A stretch of 63,997 bases of DNA, the filler included, from Octopus bimaculoides (Eukaryota): NCBI RefSeq assembly GCF_001194135.2. It is 5 parts of 5 records of this genome, joined end to end, with 100 filler letters (N's around TTAATTAATTAA, not from the genome) between each part and the next. Parts side by side here need not be neighbours in the genome. Positions count along the whole stretch, not along the records: positions 62,139 to 63,997 come from NW_026325192.1; 4 more parts are not named here. The stretch is one strand, 5' to 3'. Below, one piece after another: positions 62,580 to 63,997 of this stretch. The notes under the pieces were generated by a model. It worked only from the letters and a program-made list of their open reading frames with translations. It was not told where the DNA came from and made no database searches. The position numbers were made by a program, and so were the translations under genes. The stretch's first letter is position 1. Every line of letters starts with the position of its first letter.

Positions 62580-63997
62580 GGACAACATTCAGGAGGCTTT
62601 CATGGCGTACATGGAGGCTATGGTTTTGGTTCCCACAATGAGGAGGGAACCAGGCTGCTGAAGTTCTGTGATGCAAATGACCTTATGGTTTGCAATACTA
62701 ACTTCAGGAAACCTGCCAGTCACCTACCATTCTGGCAGACACACTAGCCAACTTGACTACATCCTCATTAGGAAAAGGGAAAGATGGCTGCTTATAAATG
62801 CCAAAACCTTCCCAGGCGAAGTAGTTAGTGAGTTCAGGATCAGGGCTAAGTGGTTGCCCAGAAGACGACCAGCATGGAGGAGAAGGGTATGGAAGCTAAA
62901 AGATCCTGCGAATGGACAAAGATTTAGAGACTTATTACTCGAAGCCTTTGATGAAATAGAGGGGGATATAGCTTCACACGATGTAGAAGACAACTGGATG
63001 TTTCTATGTGACAACCTGCCGAGGGCCATTGACCAGATCTGTGGATGGTGCAAAGTCCTCTCTCGACCCAAAATAACGTGGTGGTGGAACAATGTTGCTG
63101 ACAGGGCTATTAGAGAAAAGAAACAGGCTCGGAAGGACTGGAAGAACAGTGGTAGCAGGGAATAGTATCAGACTGCCAGAAGGGGAGCTAGGCGACAGGT
63201 TTATTTAGCCAGAGGGGAAGCAGATGGGAAAAAATTCGCCAATGTTCTGTGCCATGAGGACCAAAGACTTGAAGTATTTTGTGTTGCCAGACAATGTGTG
63301 AGAGAGAATCGTGATGTCATGGGAGAGAAATGTGTTTGCATGGATGATGGTACACTTGCACTAAACGAGGCTGCAAAGAAAGAGGTTTAGAGACGCCACT
63401 ACGAAAGATTGCTCAATAAAGAGAATGAATGGGAGAAAGAGAGTCTGCCGAATGTCGACCCAACAGAGGGACCAGCTATCCAAGTTGACAGTACCATGGT
63501 AGATAAAGCAATTAAGAGTATGAAGACAGGGAAAGCCTCTGGCCCATCAGGAATCTCTGCAGAGATGCTCAAAATATCTGGTAGTGTCGGCTATAGCCTA
63601 GTCACCCGTATTGTTAACCAGGTAATAAACGAAGGAGTCATATCCAATGACTGGTGTAGCAGCACCATAGTCAACTGCGACAAAGGTAAAGGTGACGCTT
63701 TAGATACAAATAATTACAGAGGTATCAAGTTGTTAGACCAGGTAATGAAAATCATGGAGAGGGTCATAGCCCAACTAATTAGGGAGAGAGTCAGTTTAGA
63801 TGAGATGCAGTCTGGGTTCATGCCTGGGAAAAGCACCGCTGATGCTATATTTCTGGTAAGAAAGCTGCAGGAGAAATACCTAGCTAAGGATAAACCTCTG
63901 TACCTGGCTTTCGTTGACATAGAGAAAGCCTTTGGTAGGGTCCCCCAATCCTTTATCTGGTGGTCAATGAGGAAACTAGGGATAGAAGAATGGTTAG
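62580..63997 (+). mobile_element. RTE-clade LINE (late APE to RT), continuing past the window
   Basis: Co-linear with ~6105-7555 of the 5803 copy; stops and frameshifts present. Confidence 0.95.

Overview
Repeat-dense, gap-rich eukaryotic genomic DNA. The SINE/LINE families and the very high (AC)n/(AT)n/(ACAT)n/(AGAT)n microsatellite load look like an octopus (coleoid cephalopod) genome; this is inferred from family recognition, not a search. Four N-flanked TTAATTAATTAA spacers show that at least five separately assembled pieces were joined here. Two host-gene signals are supported. One is an intronless-CDS BUD23/WBSCR22-family SAM-dependent methyltransferase ORF (15073-15897, +) with a ~70-aa N-terminal extension that resembles a mitochondrial presequence and no canonical C-terminal tail. 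The other is a single 85-nt GTP cyclohydrolase I (GCH1) exon (54906-54990, -), not called by the ORF track, whose neighbouring exons I could not find. The rest is mobile DNA: four decayed copies of one RTE-clade LINE, three Penelope-like element fragments (one with a hammerhead ribozyme core), an RLE-type (R4/Dong/HERO-like) LINE end abutting (ATT)n, four Tc1/mariner remnants (one built from two facing 5' ends), TA-flanked MITEs, and many tRNA-derived SINEs with shuffled head and tail modules. Almost all long ORFs in the track are microsatellite or N-gap artefacts. No prokaryote-type system (CRISPR etc.) is present.
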